Part shown: positions 1-11,418 of the stretch, in pieces | Numbering within the stretch: the stretch's first letter is position 1 | Layout: the number at the start of each line of letters is the position of its first letter | Origin: Wigglesworthia glossinidia endosymbiont of Glossina brevipalpis | Lineage (GTDB): Bacteria > Pseudomonadota > Gammaproteobacteria > Enterobacterales > Enterobacteriaceae | Length of the DNA: 32,000 nucleotides | Assembly (NCBI GenBank): GCA_000008885.1 | Contig: BA000021.3 | Span: 300,001-332,000 of the forward strand | Direction of reading: 5' to 3' | Notes under the pieces: generated by a model | Told to the model about the DNA's origin: nothing | Seen by the model: only the letters and a program-made list of their open reading frames with translations | The model's database searches: none | Made by a program: the position numbers and the translations under genes

Positions 1-441
1 AACTAATTGCATCATATCTTTATCGTTAGTAAATATAAAAACTTTCTTTCCTTGTTGTTCTAATTTTATGGACATGGTTCCTATTATATCATCTGATTCT
101 ATTCCATCTATACAAAAAATAGAAAAACCCATAAAGCTAAGAATATTTTTTATAATTGGAATTTGATGCTTTAAATCTTCTGGCATTTTTTTTCTATTTG
201 ATTTATAATTTTTATAGATTTTATTTCTTGATGTATTATGATGTGAATCAAACACTATAGCCACACAGTTTGTGCTGTATAGTCTTAATGTCTTTTTTAT
301 CATTTTAATTATTCCGTATATAGCTCCAACTGATTTTCCTGATATATTTTTTATATTTGGAGCTCCAAAATATGCTTTATAAAGATATATAGATCCATCA
401 ATTAATATTACGAATTTATCTAACTTTTTCATATAAGACAT
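1..441 (-). CDS. polA: DNA polymerase I, N-terminal 5'-3' exonuclease region (partial, runs off window start)
   Basis: Reverse-strand translation from ATG at 441: MSYMKKLDKFVILIDGSIYLYKAYFGAPNIKNISGKSVGAIYGIIKMIKK...VAIVFDSHHNTSRNKIYKNYKSKRKKMPEDLKHQIPIIKNILSLMGFSIFCIDGIESDDIIGT...FTNDKDMMQLV. It carries PolA 5' nuclease hallmarks (DGSxYLYRAY, FDxxxxTxRxxxYxxYKxxRxxMPxDL, GxExDDxIGT, TxDKDMxQLV). Confidence 0.92.
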   Translation of the reverse strand, partial: MSYMKKLDKFVILIDGSIYLYKAYFGAPNIKNISGKSVGAIYGIIKMIKKTLRLYSTNCVAIVFDSHHNTSRNKIYKNYKSNRKKMPEDLKHQIPIIKNILSFMGFSIFCIDGIESDDIIGTMSIKLEQQGKKVFIFTNDKDMMQLV

Positions 442-478
442 TATTTTTAACAAAAATTTTTAATAAATAAAAAATAAT

Positions 479-1108
479 TTATATACTTTTATTAAGTAAA
501 TATTTAATAATTTCAATATATTTATTAGAATATTCTTCTATTGAAGAAGCATAAATTTTATCATTATTAATTACATAACGTCCGTTAATTACTATCGTGG
601 GAACACTTATTATATTTAATTTTTTTAAAAAGAATTCTTGTTTTTTAATAAAACATTTCACTAAAAAACTATTTTTAGCGTATTCGTATTGTTTTTTAGA
701 AATTCCTAATTTATTGAATACAATAAGTATGTCTTCTTTATTTAAAATTTTTTTGTTGTTTTGAACTTCTTGAAATAAAATATCACTAATTTTGTTCTCT
801 ACATTAAAAAATGTGGAAATGGCCCATATCAAAGACAAATCCACTGATTTAGGGCCAAAAAAGTTGGTATGATATTTTATAATTTTATCATTTTCTGATA
901 TTATATTTCTTATATTTTCATTTATTTTATAAATTGAATTAAATTTATAACAATAAGAACAATAAAAAGAAAAAAACTCTATAATCTTATATTCATCAGA
1001 TATTATGTAATCTAGCTTATAATATTCTTTACCTTCAGAAGGTATTATTTTAGCATGTCCAAATAAAAATCCTGTATATAAAAAAATTATTAATATTAAC
1101 TTTTTCAT
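479..1108 (-). CDS. dsbA: Periplasmic thiol:disulfide interchange protein DsbA with non-standard CSYC active site
   Basis: 209 aa; N-terminal signal-like MKKLILIIFLYTGFLFGHA; IEFFSFYCSYCYKF corresponds to DsbA LEFFSFFCPHCYQF; KYHTNFFG and cis-Pro-type SVPTIVINGRY motif; next to polA as expected. Confidence 0.92.
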   Translation of the reverse strand: MKKLILIIFLYTGFLFGHAKIIPSEGKEYYKLDYIISDEYKIIEFFSFYCSYCYKFNSIYKINENIRNIISENDKIIKYHTNFFGPKSVDLSLIWAISTFFNVENKISDILFQEVQNNKKILNKEDILIVFNKLGISKKQYEYAKNSFLVKCFIKKQEFFLKKLNIISVPTIVINGRYVINNDKIYASSIEEYSNKYIEIIKYLLNKSI

Positions 1109-1146
1109 AAAAATTTAATAATGAAATTTTATTTTTAATAAAAAAT

Positions 1147-1172
1147 TCGCCCCGATTTAAATTTCGGGGCGA
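1147..1172 (-). terminator. Rho-independent terminator downstream of groEL
   Basis: Perfect 9-bp inverted repeat tcgccccga (1147-1155) / tcggggcga (1164-1172), 8-nt loop. On the minus strand it is followed by ATTTTTTATT. It lies between the groEL stop and the dsbA start. Confidence 0.8.
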
Positions 1173-1220
1173 TTTTATATTTTAAATAAATAATGATTCA
1201 ATAATATTTTTATTATTGAA

Positions 1221-2882
<1,662 letters not shown>

Positions 2883-2906
2883 TCAGTTCATATGATTATA
2901 TGCAGA

Positions 2907-3200
2907 TTATTTCTCAACTATAGCCAGAATGTCGCTTTCAGACATGATCAGCACTTCATCATTATCAATTTTTTCTACTTTTACACCGTATCCGTCATTA
3001 AAAATTACTATATCTCCAATTTTTACATCTAAAGGTTTTGTTTCACCATTATCTAAAATACGTCCATTACCTACTGCTAATACTTTGCCTCTTGTAGATT
3101 TTCCTGCAGCAGAACCTGTAAGAACTATTCCTCCTGCAGACTTAGATTCAGCTTCTTTTCGCTTAATGATAACGCGATCATGTAGTGGGCGAATTTTCAT
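2907..3200 (-). CDS. groS: 10 kDa co-chaperonin GroES
   Basis: 97 aa, [47 protein letters not shown]...; directly upstream of groEL; GGGAG Shine-Dalgarno before the ATG. Confidence 0.99.
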   Translation of the reverse strand: MKIRPLHDRVIIKRKEAESKSAGGIVLTGSAAGKSTRGKVLAVGNGRILDNGETKPLDVKIGDIVIFNDGYGVKVEKIDNDEVLIMSESDILAIVEK

Positions 3201-3335
3201 TTAATAGCTCCCCCTTGAGAAAGAAAGTCCGTATTAATTTTAAATTAAAATCCAAAAACATATTTGTATCAACAATTATTAATTTATAAAGTTAATAATA
3301 CATTGTTAAAAATAGATTTTGGCGTTAGTGATACC

Positions 3336-3368
3336 TAAATGGGGGTTATTTAACAAACCTTCAAGGGG
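3336..3368 (-). promoter_or_regulatory. Sigma-32 (RpoH)-type heat-shock promoter of groESL
   Basis: Minus strand reads TACCCCTTGAAGGTTTGTTAAATAACCCCCATTTAGG: -35 CTTGAA (3360-3365, preceded by CCC), 15-bp spacer, -10 CCCCATTTA (3336-3344), located about 135 bp upstream of the groES ATG. Confidence 0.88.
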
Positions 3369-3536
3369 TATGCAAAAAAAATCATTTATATGACAGGAAA
3401 AAAATTTCTATTTTAGTTTAATATTAATGCTAATTGTATTTTAGTATATGTATTTTTAAAAAAAATAAATTAATTAAATTAAAATCTGCCTTCAAATTAC
3501 AATTGAAAGCAGATGTTGTATAAAAATAATTTGAAT

Positions 3537-3743
3537 TTAAGAATCAACTTTTCTTTGACGCTCAAAGTATTTTCTTTTTTCCCAATCTTCTCTACACTCT
3601 ACGCAACAAAAGTTTCCTGATGTTGATTCATCACAATTGTAACATTTTCCATTTATTGGCAATGTATAAGCTTGATGTCTAGACAAAGAATATTGACGAA
3701 ATTCTTCTTCGCTTTGACTTGCCAAATCTACTTCATCAGTCAT
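3537..3743 (-). CDS. Small zinc-ribbon-like protein, function unknown
   Basis: 68 aa; Cys-rich C-terminal half CYNCDESTSGNFCCVECREDWEKRKYFERQRK (CxxC ... CCxxC followed by a charged helix). It resembles small prophage/proteobacterial zinc-finger proteins. No gene name is assignable from sequence alone. Confidence 0.7.
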   Translation of the reverse strand: MTDEVDLASQSEEEFRQYSLSRHQAYTLPINGKCYNCDESTSGNFCCVECREDWEKRKYFERQRKVDS

Positions 3744-4073
3744 ATGTTTCTCCGTGTTAAATTATTAACAATTCACAAATAATTAACATTATGGAATTAA
3801 ATTTTATTTTCAATAATAAATAAAATTCTGTTTTAAAAATTAAATTTAATTTTTAAAATTTTTTAATTTTTATAAAAGAAAATTATTTTTATTTTAATTT
3901 TTTTAATAAAAAATATATTTTTAAAACATTAATAATATTAAAAATATTTTTTAAATTTCACTAATATTTTATTTTAATAAATTTTAATAATTATTTATAA
4001 TTTGTAGAAATTTTTTAAAAAAATTTTTAGCAAAATAAATAAAATTATATTTATAATGTATTTATTTTATAGG

Positions 4074-4526
4074 TTAAATGTTATTTTTTAAAATAACACA
4101 TATTTCTGTACACATGTTGCTTTTAACTTTAATTTTTATGTTATGTTTGCCTATTGTTTTTAAAGGTCCATTCGTTAATTTTATTTCATTTTTCATTATA
4201 CGAATTCCTCGCTCCTTTATTTTTTCTATAATATGATTAGCTCCAATCGAACCAAAAAGTTTACCTTTTGATCCTGCTTTACAATAAATTTCTATTTCTT
4301 TTAAAGATTTTATATTTCTAAATCTTTCTTTTAACTTAAAGTTTTCATATTTTGATTGCTCTTCTAATATTTTTCTTTTTTTTTCAAAAAATTTTAAATT
4401 TTTTTCTGATGCTATAATAGCTATTTTTTTAGGAAATAAAAAATTTCTAGCATATCCTGCTTTAACTTTGATCTTATCTCCAATATTTCCTTTATTAATA
4501 ATTTTTTTTAATAAAATAATTTGCAT
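4074..4526 (-). CDS. rplI: 50S ribosomal protein bL9
   Basis: 150 aa, MQIILLKKIINKGNIGDKIKVKAGYARNFLFPKKIAIIAS, the bL9 N-terminal signature. Confidence 0.97.
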   Translation of the reverse strand: MQIILLKKIINKGNIGDKIKVKAGYARNFLFPKKIAIIASEKNLKFFEKKRKILEEQSKYENFKLKERFRNIKSLKEIEIYCKAGSKGKLFGSIGANHIIEKIKERGIRIMKNEIKLTNGPLKTIGKHNIKIKVKSNMCTEICVILKNNI

Positions 4527-4568
4527 TTTTATATAGCCTAATTAAAATATACTTTTAATAAATTTTAT

Positions 4569-4796
4569 TTAACGATGATGATCTGTGTACGGCAACAAAG
4601 ATAAATAACGTGCTCTTTTTACCGCTCTAGATAATTGCCTTTGATATCTAGCTCGAGTTCCAGTTATTCTGCTTGGTACTATTTTTCCATTTTCCGTAAT
4701 ATAATTTTTTAACAAAATTATATCTTTATAATCTATATTATTTATTTTTTCTAAAGTAAATCTACAAAATTTACGTCTTCTAAAATTGCGTATCAT
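4569..4796 (-). CDS. rpsR: 30S ribosomal protein bS18
   Basis: 75 aa, RRRKFCRFT...[54 protein letters not shown]. Confidence 0.98.
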   Translation of the reverse strand: MIRNFRRRKFCRFTLEKINNIDYKDIILLKNYITENGKIVPSRITGTRARYQRQLSRAVKRARYLSLLPYTDHHR

Positions 4797-4914
4797 AAAT
4801 TTTTTCTCTATATTTTTAAAATTATTTTTACAAATTAACCTTTTTAATATTAAAATTAACTTATAAGAATATTATATAATTTTTTGTTAATTAAAGTTAA
4901 AATTTTTATTTTTT

Positions 4915-5256
4915 TTAATTATTTAATTCTTTATTTTCCTTCGTTTTTTTCATTGGAGAAGGTTCGTTTATGGCGTTTTTTACTCTCATTATCATATTTC
5001 TTATTATAAAGTTATTCAAATTTAAATCTTGTATTATATTGTTTAATACTTTTGTAGAAGTTTCAATATTCATAAGAATATAGTGAGCTTTATTTAACTT
5101 TTTGATTGGATATGCTAGTTGTCTTCTTCCCCAATCTTCTAATCTATGTATTGACCCTTTATTGATTTTAATCATTTTAGTATAATGTTCTATAATATTA
5201 GAAATTTGATCGCTTTGATCAGTATGTATCATAAGAACTATTTCGTAATGACGCAT
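4915..5256 (-). CDS. rpsF: 30S ribosomal protein bS6
   Basis: 113 aa, [29 protein letters not shown]...[29 protein letters not shown]. Confidence 0.97.
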   Translation of the reverse strand: MRHYEIVLMIHTDQSDQISNIIEHYTKMIKINKGSIHRLEDWGRRQLAYPIKKLNKAHYILMNIETSTKVLNNIIQDLNLNNFIIRNMIMRVKNAINEPSPMKKTKENKELNN

Positions 5257-5689
5257 ATTTTCTCCAAATAAATTTTATTAATAAAATTAATAATATTTAA
5301 TTTTTAATAAAATAAAAAACTAATTCTATGAAATTATATTTCATGAAAATTTTAATTAACTTTTACAACATCAATAAAAATATTGATGTTTGATTTAAAT
5401 GCGAAATATTAATTTTTAATTTTTTAAACAAATAATAGATTATATGTAATAATATATTTTAAAAAAAATAGTAAGAAATTAAATTTTATGAAATAAAATT
5501 TTTCGTTTAGCATAAATAAATATATTATTTTTAGTCTAAAAAATTTTAAAAATATGATTTTAACATACTATTTTATAATAAAATTTTTTATTTTATTTAA
5601 AAATTAAAAATTTTAAAAGTGTAATGTAATTTTAATTTATAAAATATATTATTATTAATATTTAAAAATTAATCAAGGAGAATAAATTT

Positions 5690-7090
5690 GTGAAGTCCGT
5701 TTCGATAATAGATATTATAGAAAAAAAAATTTTTAAAAAAAAATTAGTAGAAATAAATGGTTGGGTAAGAACAAAAAGAAATTCTAAATTAGGAATTTCT
5801 TTTGTTGATGTATATGATGGATCTTGTTTGCAGCATATACAAGTTATAGCAAAAAAAGATTTATCAAATTATAAATCAGATATTTTAAGATTAACTTCTG
5901 GATGTTCAGTAAAAATATTTGGAGTTTTGAAAAAATCTTTAAAAAATTCAAAAATTTATGAACTACATGCAACATGCATAAAAGTATTGGGATGGATTAA
6001 AGATCCAGGTAAATACCCTATTTCTTCAAAACCTCATACTTTAGAATATTTAAGAAGCTTTTCTCACTTGAGGCCTAGAACTAATATAATAGGATCAGTA
6101 TCTAGAATAAGAAATATTATTTTTCAAGAAGTTCATAATTTTTTAAATAAAAAAGGTTTTATTTGGGTTCCTTCTCCAATTATTACTTCTTTAAATACAG
6201 AAGGAAGCGGAGAAATGTTTAAAGTATCCACTTTTGATTTTAAAAAAATTCCTCTTAATAAAAACAAATTAATAAATTACAGAAAAGATTTCTTTGGAAA
6301 AAGAACATTTTTGACAGTTTCTGGTCAATTGCACATAGAAAGTTATGCTTGTTCTTTGTCTAAAGTATATACATTTGGACCAACTTTTAGAGCTGAAAAT
6401 TCAAATACTAGCAGGCATTTAGCAGAATTTTGGATGGTTGAAATAGAAATAGCATTTGCTAAATTAAATGATATTATTTTATTAGCATATAACTTGCTAA
6501 GTAATATATTTAAAAAAGTTTTAAATAAATGTTTAAATGATTTAATTTTTTTGGAAAAAAAATTAAATATAAATATTATTAAAAAATTAAAAAATTTTAT
6601 TGAAAAAAAATTAATAGAAGTTGAATATTGTGAAGCAATAAGAATTTTAAAAAATTGTGAAAAAAATTTTAGAATACAATTAAAATGGGGCATGGATTTA
6701 TCTTCAGAGCATGAACGTTATTTATCTGATTTATACTATAAATCACATATAGTTATTAAGAACTATCCAAAAGAAATAAAAGCGTTTTATATGAGGTTGA
6801 ATAAAGATAAAAAAACTGTAGCTGCAGCAGATATTTTACTTCCAGGAATTGGAGAAATAATAGGTGGTTCTGAAAGAGAAGATAGATTGGAATACTTAGA
6901 TTCAATGATAAAAGAAAAAAGACTTATTCATAAAAATTATGAATGGTATAGAGATCTAAGAAAATATGGGACAGTTCCACATTCTGGTTTTGGTTTAGGA
7001 ATAGAAAGACTAATATCATATGTTACTGGATTAAAAAACATAAGAGATGTTATTCCTTTCCCTAGAAGTTCAAAAAATGCATCATTTTAA
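5690..7090 (+). CDS. asnS: Asparaginyl-tRNA synthetase (GTG start)
   Basis: 466 aa with class II aaRS motifs (FGPTFRAENSNTSRHLAEFWMVE, GFGLGIERLISYVTGLKNIRDVIPFPR). Start codon at 5690 is GTG, preceded by AAGGAG. Confidence 0.97.
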   Translation: MKSVSIIDIIEKKIFKKKLVEINGWVRTKRNSKLGISFVDVYDGSCLQHIQVIAKKDLSNYKSDILRLTSGCSVKIFGVLKKSLKNSKIYELHATCIKVLGWIKDPGKYPISSKPHTLEYLRSFSHLRPRTNIIGSVSRIRNIIFQEVHNFLNKKGFIWVPSPIITSLNTEGSGEMFKVSTFDFKKIPLNKNKLINYRKDFFGKRTFLTVSGQLHIESYACSLSKVYTFGPTFRAENSNTSRHLAEFWMVEIEIAFAKLNDIILLAYNLLSNIFKKVLNKCLNDLIFLEKKLNINIIKKLKNFIEKKLIEVEYCEAIRILKNCEKNFRIQLKWGMDLSSEHERYLSDLYYKSHIVIKNYPKEIKAFYMRLNKDKKTVAAADILLPGIGEIIGGSEREDRLEYLDSMIKEKRLIHKNYEWYRDLRKYGTVPHSGFGLGIERLISYVTGLKNIRDVIPFPRSSKNASF

Positions 7091-7582
7091 ATTAATTTAT
7101 AATATTATAATAAATAATAAAAATTTATTTTATTTATTTTTTATTTTAATTAAAATTATCATTTTTTAATGTAATCATCTGTTATATTATAAATTTTTTT
7201 AATAAAAATAAATAATTTAATATTTTTATAAAATATATTTTTTAATTTAAAATTAAATCAATAAAGTTGTATTTTTCTTTTTAAAAATTTTTTAAAAATA
7301 TTTATTTAACAAATCTTATTGCAATGTATAAATAAATATAATAAAATTTTTTTTATTTCAAAATAAATATATAACTTAAAAAAATTTAATTAAATAAAAA
7401 ATTAAAATATTTATTATTAAACATATATTTTTTTATCATTTTATAATATATATTTAATAAGTAAAATTTTAAATTAATGTAATTAACTAAAAATTATTTA
7501 TTTTAAAATAATCAATATAAAATTCTGATAATTTACTTGGGTAAATAATTTAAAATAGAATTTTTCTAAAAATAAAAATTTT

Positions 7583-8074
7583 ATGTTGAATATAATAGAA
7601 AATTGTTGGATATCTATAGGAAGCAATTTAAAAAATCCTAAAGAACAGGCAAATTTAGCATTAAAACATATAAATAAAATTCCTTTTACTAATATTTTAT
7701 CTTGTTCTTCTTATTATAGAAGCAAACCACTTGGAATAACAAGTCAACCAGATTTTCTTAATGCAGTAATTAAAATATCTACAAAATTATATCCTTATGA
7801 ATTGTTAAAGCATATTAAAATAATAGAAAAAAAACAAAAAAGAAAAAATAATGAAATTAAATGGGGTCCTAGATCTTTAGATTTAGATATATTATTATTT
7901 GGAAATAAATATTTTTATTCATCTGATTTAATTATACCTCATTACGATCTATATAATAGATGTTTTTTCCTTTATCCATTAATGGAAATATCTCCTAATT
8001 TAAAATTTCCAGATGGAAGCTCTCTTATTAGCAAATTAAAAAAAATAAAATGTAAAAAATTACCAATTTGGTGA
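7583..8074 (+). CDS. folK: HPPK, 2-amino-4-hydroxy-6-hydroxymethyldihydropteridine pyrophosphokinase
   Basis: 163 aa; ISIGSNLKNPKEQANLAL..., SSYYRSKPLG, QPDFLNAVIKI, KWGPRSLDLDILLFGN, PHYDLYNRCFFLYPL. Confidence 0.94.
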   Translation: MLNIIENCWISIGSNLKNPKEQANLALKHINKIPFTNILSCSSYYRSKPLGITSQPDFLNAVIKISTKLYPYELLKHIKIIEKKQKRKNNEIKWGPRSLDLDILLFGNKYFYSSDLIIPHYDLYNRCFFLYPLMEISPNLKFPDGSSLISKLKKIKCKKLPIW

Positions 8075-8130
8075 ATTTAAAATTTCTTTTCAAATAAAAA
8101 AATAATATTTGTAATTTAAAAATTAAAAAG

Positions 8131-11100
8131 ATGATTTATATATATCAATCTAATCAAATTGATCTTATACAAAAAATATTATCAAAAATATTAAAGAATT
8201 TCCCTATAAATAACCCTATGAAAAAAGAAATAATAATTACTAGTAGTTCAAATATTTCTGAATGGTTAAAATTAAATATTACTTTAAATATAAATATTTT
8301 AGCTAATGTAGAATTTATATCTCTTAATAGTTTTATTTGGAAATTAGTTATATTAACAACAAAAAATGTTCCATTTGATAATTTTGCATTTAGATTAATG
8401 CTTTCTTGGTATATTGCTCAAATAATTCCAAAAATAAATAAAAATATTAAAATAAAAAACGTTTATAAAAATTTAAATCAATTTCAAATATTTTATTTAT
8501 CATATAAATTATCTGAATTATATAATAAATATTTAATATTCAAACCTGATTGGATTGATTTATTAAATTTTAAAAAAAAATCTAAAAAATTAGAGGATTC
8601 TCAATATTTTCAACTAATTATATGGAATTTATTAGTAAAAAAAATAAAAAAAGAAAAAGATTTTTGTATTTCTAGCATATATGAATCGTGTATACAAAAA
8701 ATAGAAAAATCAAATCTTATTTTTGAAGATATTGCTGATAGAATTTTTATATTTGGAATATATTATATTCCTGAAATTTATTTAAAAATTTTAAAAACAT
8801 TGAGTAAAAAAATCGATATACATTTATTTTGTATAAATCCATGTTGTTTATATTGGTTTGATATTGATAATAGATTTTATATCTCAAATCTAATCGAAAA
8901 TAAAATTAAAAATAAAAAAAATTTTTTTAGAAAAAAAATAAAAATTTCTTTATTATCATTTTGGGGTTGTCTGGGGGCAAAATATTTAAAATTATTAAAT
9001 AATTTAAATGAAAACATAGAAAATAAAATTTTTTATAAACCAAAAAAAGATAATTTGCTGCATACTATTCAAAATGATATTTTATATAATAAATATTATA
9101 ATATAATTATATCAAAAAAGTTTAATAAATTTGAAAAAAAAAATTTACGCGTTTTAAATTCAAAAGATAATTCTATCACAATTCATACTTGTAAAAATAA
9201 ATATGAAGAAATAAATTCTCTTTATAACTTCATAGTAAAAATTACTAAAGATAATAAAAAAATTTGTTTTAAAGATATTTTAGTAATGGCGTCAAATATA
9301 GAAGACTATTCTTCATACATTAACTCTATTTTTAATAATATTAATTACAAAATAAATTATTTTATTTCAGATATTAAAATATATGAAAGATTCAATATTA
9401 TTTCTGCTATATTTAACATATTAAAGTTACCAAAATTTAAATTTTCTATAGAACAAATTTTTTATCTATTAGAATTTTCATCTATTTCTAATAAGTTTAA
9501 AATGAAAGAAGATGAAATTAAGATGTTAAAATATTTAGTTATTAATTTAGGAGTTCAATGGGGTATAAGTAATAAAAGATTTAAAAAATGTAATGCTAAT
9601 TTTGAAGAAAAATACTCTTGGAATAATATAATAAAAAAAACGGTATCAGAATATTATACAAGAATAAACAATAAAGTTTACTTTAAATATATATACTCTA
9701 ATGATTTAGATGAAAAAAAGATTAATTCTCTAATAAAATTAGAAAATTTTATTTCTAAATTGAATTATTGGTATGACTATTTATCTCAACCTCATTTATT
9801 ATACGAATGGAATGATGTTATAAAAAAAATAATAAAAAATTTTTTTGATCCAGATAAAAAAGAAAATTATGTTTTAGATTTATTAAAAAAAAATTGGAAT
9901 GATATTATTTTTCAAGGAATAAACACGAAATACAAAAAAACGATTTATATTGAAACATTAGAAAATATCTTGTATAAAAGATTTAAGAAAGAAAATTTTT
10001 TTAAAAAAAATAAGTTTAATTCAATACATTTTTGTAATTTAAAATTATCAAAAATAATACCAAGCAAAATTATTTGTTTGTTAGGAATTAATGATGGAAC
10101 TTATCCTAGGCAAGACATAAATTACAATTTTGATTCAATTTATAAAAATTTAAAAAACGATGATAAAAATATAAGACAAGAAGATTTATATTCTTTCTTA
10201 ATTATTTTGTTATCTTCAAAAGAACATCTTTATATAAGTTTTATTAAAAATTATATTAATGAAGAAAGATCAAAATATATTTCTATAATAATAAATGAAT
10301 TAATAGAATATATTTCTGTAAGTTTTTATATCAAAAATTGCAAATCATATAATTTTTTAGAAAATATTAATAATATAAAAAAAATTTTATTTAAAAAATA
10401 TAATAACTTTTATTTTTTTAGAAAAGAAAAAATAGAAATTTTTAATAAAAAATATTTTTTAAATAACATAAATATAAATTCAGATAAAAAAATTTTTTCT
10501 AAGATATCAATAAACGAATTTTTTTTATTTTATTCTAATCCTATTAAATTTTGGTGTAAAAAAAAATTAAAAATTAATTTCAGTAAAGAACATCTTTATA
10601 AAGATAATGAATTTATTTTAAAAAATAAATTTAATAGCTATAGAATAAATATAATATTATTTGAATATTTAATTAAAAATAAATATTTAAATAAAAAAGA
10701 TTTATTAAAAAATACAATTAAATATTTTTTTGATGGGGTTTTTGAAGAAATTATTATAGAAAAAAAATATTATCAAATAATAAAATTAATAAATAATATA
10801 AATAAACATTTATTAATGAAAAAAGAAACAAAAAAAGTTTTTTTTAAATTAGATCGTACAATAATATTTGGGTGGTTGCCTAATTTACAAAATTCCGGAT
10901 TATTAAGATGGAATCCTAAAAATTTATCTTTGCAAGATGGATTTCTGTTTTGGATAGAACATTTGATTTATTGTATCATAGGAGGAAAAGGAGATAGCAT
11001 TTTTTTAGGGATAGAATCATATTGGCATTTTAAGAATATAAATTACAAAAAAGCAAAACACTTTTTTAAAAAACTCTTGGTTGGGTATGAATTAGGAATT

Positions 11101-11382
11101 GAAAATCCGATTTTTCTTCTAAATAAATCCGGAGGAGCATGGATAAATCATTCTTTTAATAAAGAAAAAAATAAGTTAATTTTAGATGAAAAAACTAAAA
11201 AAAATGCCCGTTCTAAATTAATTTCTGCTTGGCAAGGAAATAAGTTCATAAATGGAGATTCTCAAGACTTTTATATATCTAAAGTTATACCATTTCTAAC
11301 AGAAAATAATATTAATAAAATTATAAATGAATCAAAAAAATATTTTATTTTTCCATTAAAATTCAATAAATTATTAAAATAA
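8131..11382 (+). CDS. recC: Exodeoxyribonuclease V subunit RecC
   Basis: 1083 aa; MIYIYQSNQIDLIQKIL, LLGINDGTYPRQD, FILKNKFNSYRIN; adjacent to recB. Near-full length by recollection of the E. coli protein (about 1120 aa). Confidence 0.92.
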   Translation: MIYIYQSNQIDLIQKILSKILKNFPINNPMKKEIIITSSSNISEWLKLNITLNINILANVEFISLNSFIWKLVILTTKNVPFDNFAFRLMLSWYIAQIIPKINKNIKIKNVYKNLNQFQIFYLSYKLSELYNKYLIFKPDWIDLLNFKKKSKKLEDSQYFQLIIWNLLVKKIKKEKDFCISSIYESCIQKIEKSNLIFEDIADRIFIFGIYYIPEIYLKILKTLSKKIDIHLFCINPCCLYWFDIDNRFYISNLIENKIKNKKNFFRKKIKISLLSFWGCLGAKYLKLLNNLNENIENKIFYKPKKDNLLHTIQNDILYNKYYNIIISKKFNKFEKKNLRVLNSKDNSITIHTCKNKYEEINSLYNFIVKITKDNKKICFKDILVMASNIEDYSSYINSIFNNINYKINYFISDIKIYERFNIISAIFNILKLPKFKFSIEQIFYLLEFSSISNKFKMKEDEIKMLKYLVINLGVQWGISNKRFKKCNANFEEKYSWNNIIKKTVSEYYTRINNKVYFKYIYSNDLDEKKINSLIKLENFISKLNYWYDYLSQPHLLYEWNDVIKKIIKNFFDPDKKENYVLDLLKKNWNDIIFQGINTKYKKTIYIETLENILYKRFKKENFFKKNKFNSIHFCNLKLSKIIPSKIICLLGINDGTYPRQDINYNFDSIYKNLKNDDKNIRQEDLYSFLIILLSSKEHLYISFIKNYINEERSKYISIIINELIEYISVSFYIKNCKSYNFLENINNIKKILFKKYNNFYFFRKEKIEIFNKKYFLNNININSDKKIFSKISINEFFLFYSNPIKFWCKKKLKINFSKEHLYKDNEFILKNKFNSYRINIILFEYLIKNKYLNKKDLLKNTIKYFFDGVFEEIIIEKKYYQIIKLINNINKHLLMKKETKKVFFKLDRTIIFGWLPNLQNSGLLRWNPKNLSLQDGFLFWIEHLIYCIIGGKGDSIFLGIESYWHFKNINYKKAKHFFKKLLVGYELGIENPIFLLNKSGGAWINHSFNKEKNKLILDEKTKKNARSKLISAWQGNKFINGDSQDFYISKVIPFLTENNINKIINESKKYFIFPLKFNKLLK

Positions 11383-11418
11383 ATTTTAAAAAATTATAAA
11401 AATTAACAAATTAATTTC

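Noticed and set aside
2929-3204. Plus-strand ORF antisense to groES
   Set aside because: Lies fully over the conserved groES gene and its product has no recognizable features.
5257-5689. 433-bp AT-rich divergent intergenic region considered as a possible replication origin or small-RNA locus
   Set aside because: No DnaA-box cluster, GC-rich stem-loops or tRNA-like folds recognizable by eye; could simply be a divergent promoter region plus eroded DNA. A covariance-model scan would be needed.
6343-6693. Minus-strand 116-aa ORF inside asnS
   Set aside because: Complement of a conserved aminoacyl-tRNA synthetase; AT-rich reverse-frame artefact.
7091-7582. 492-bp gap between asnS and folK considered for a hidden tRNA or gene remnant
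   Set aside because: No ORF, no TTC-loop/CCA-like features and no readable protein similarity by eye.
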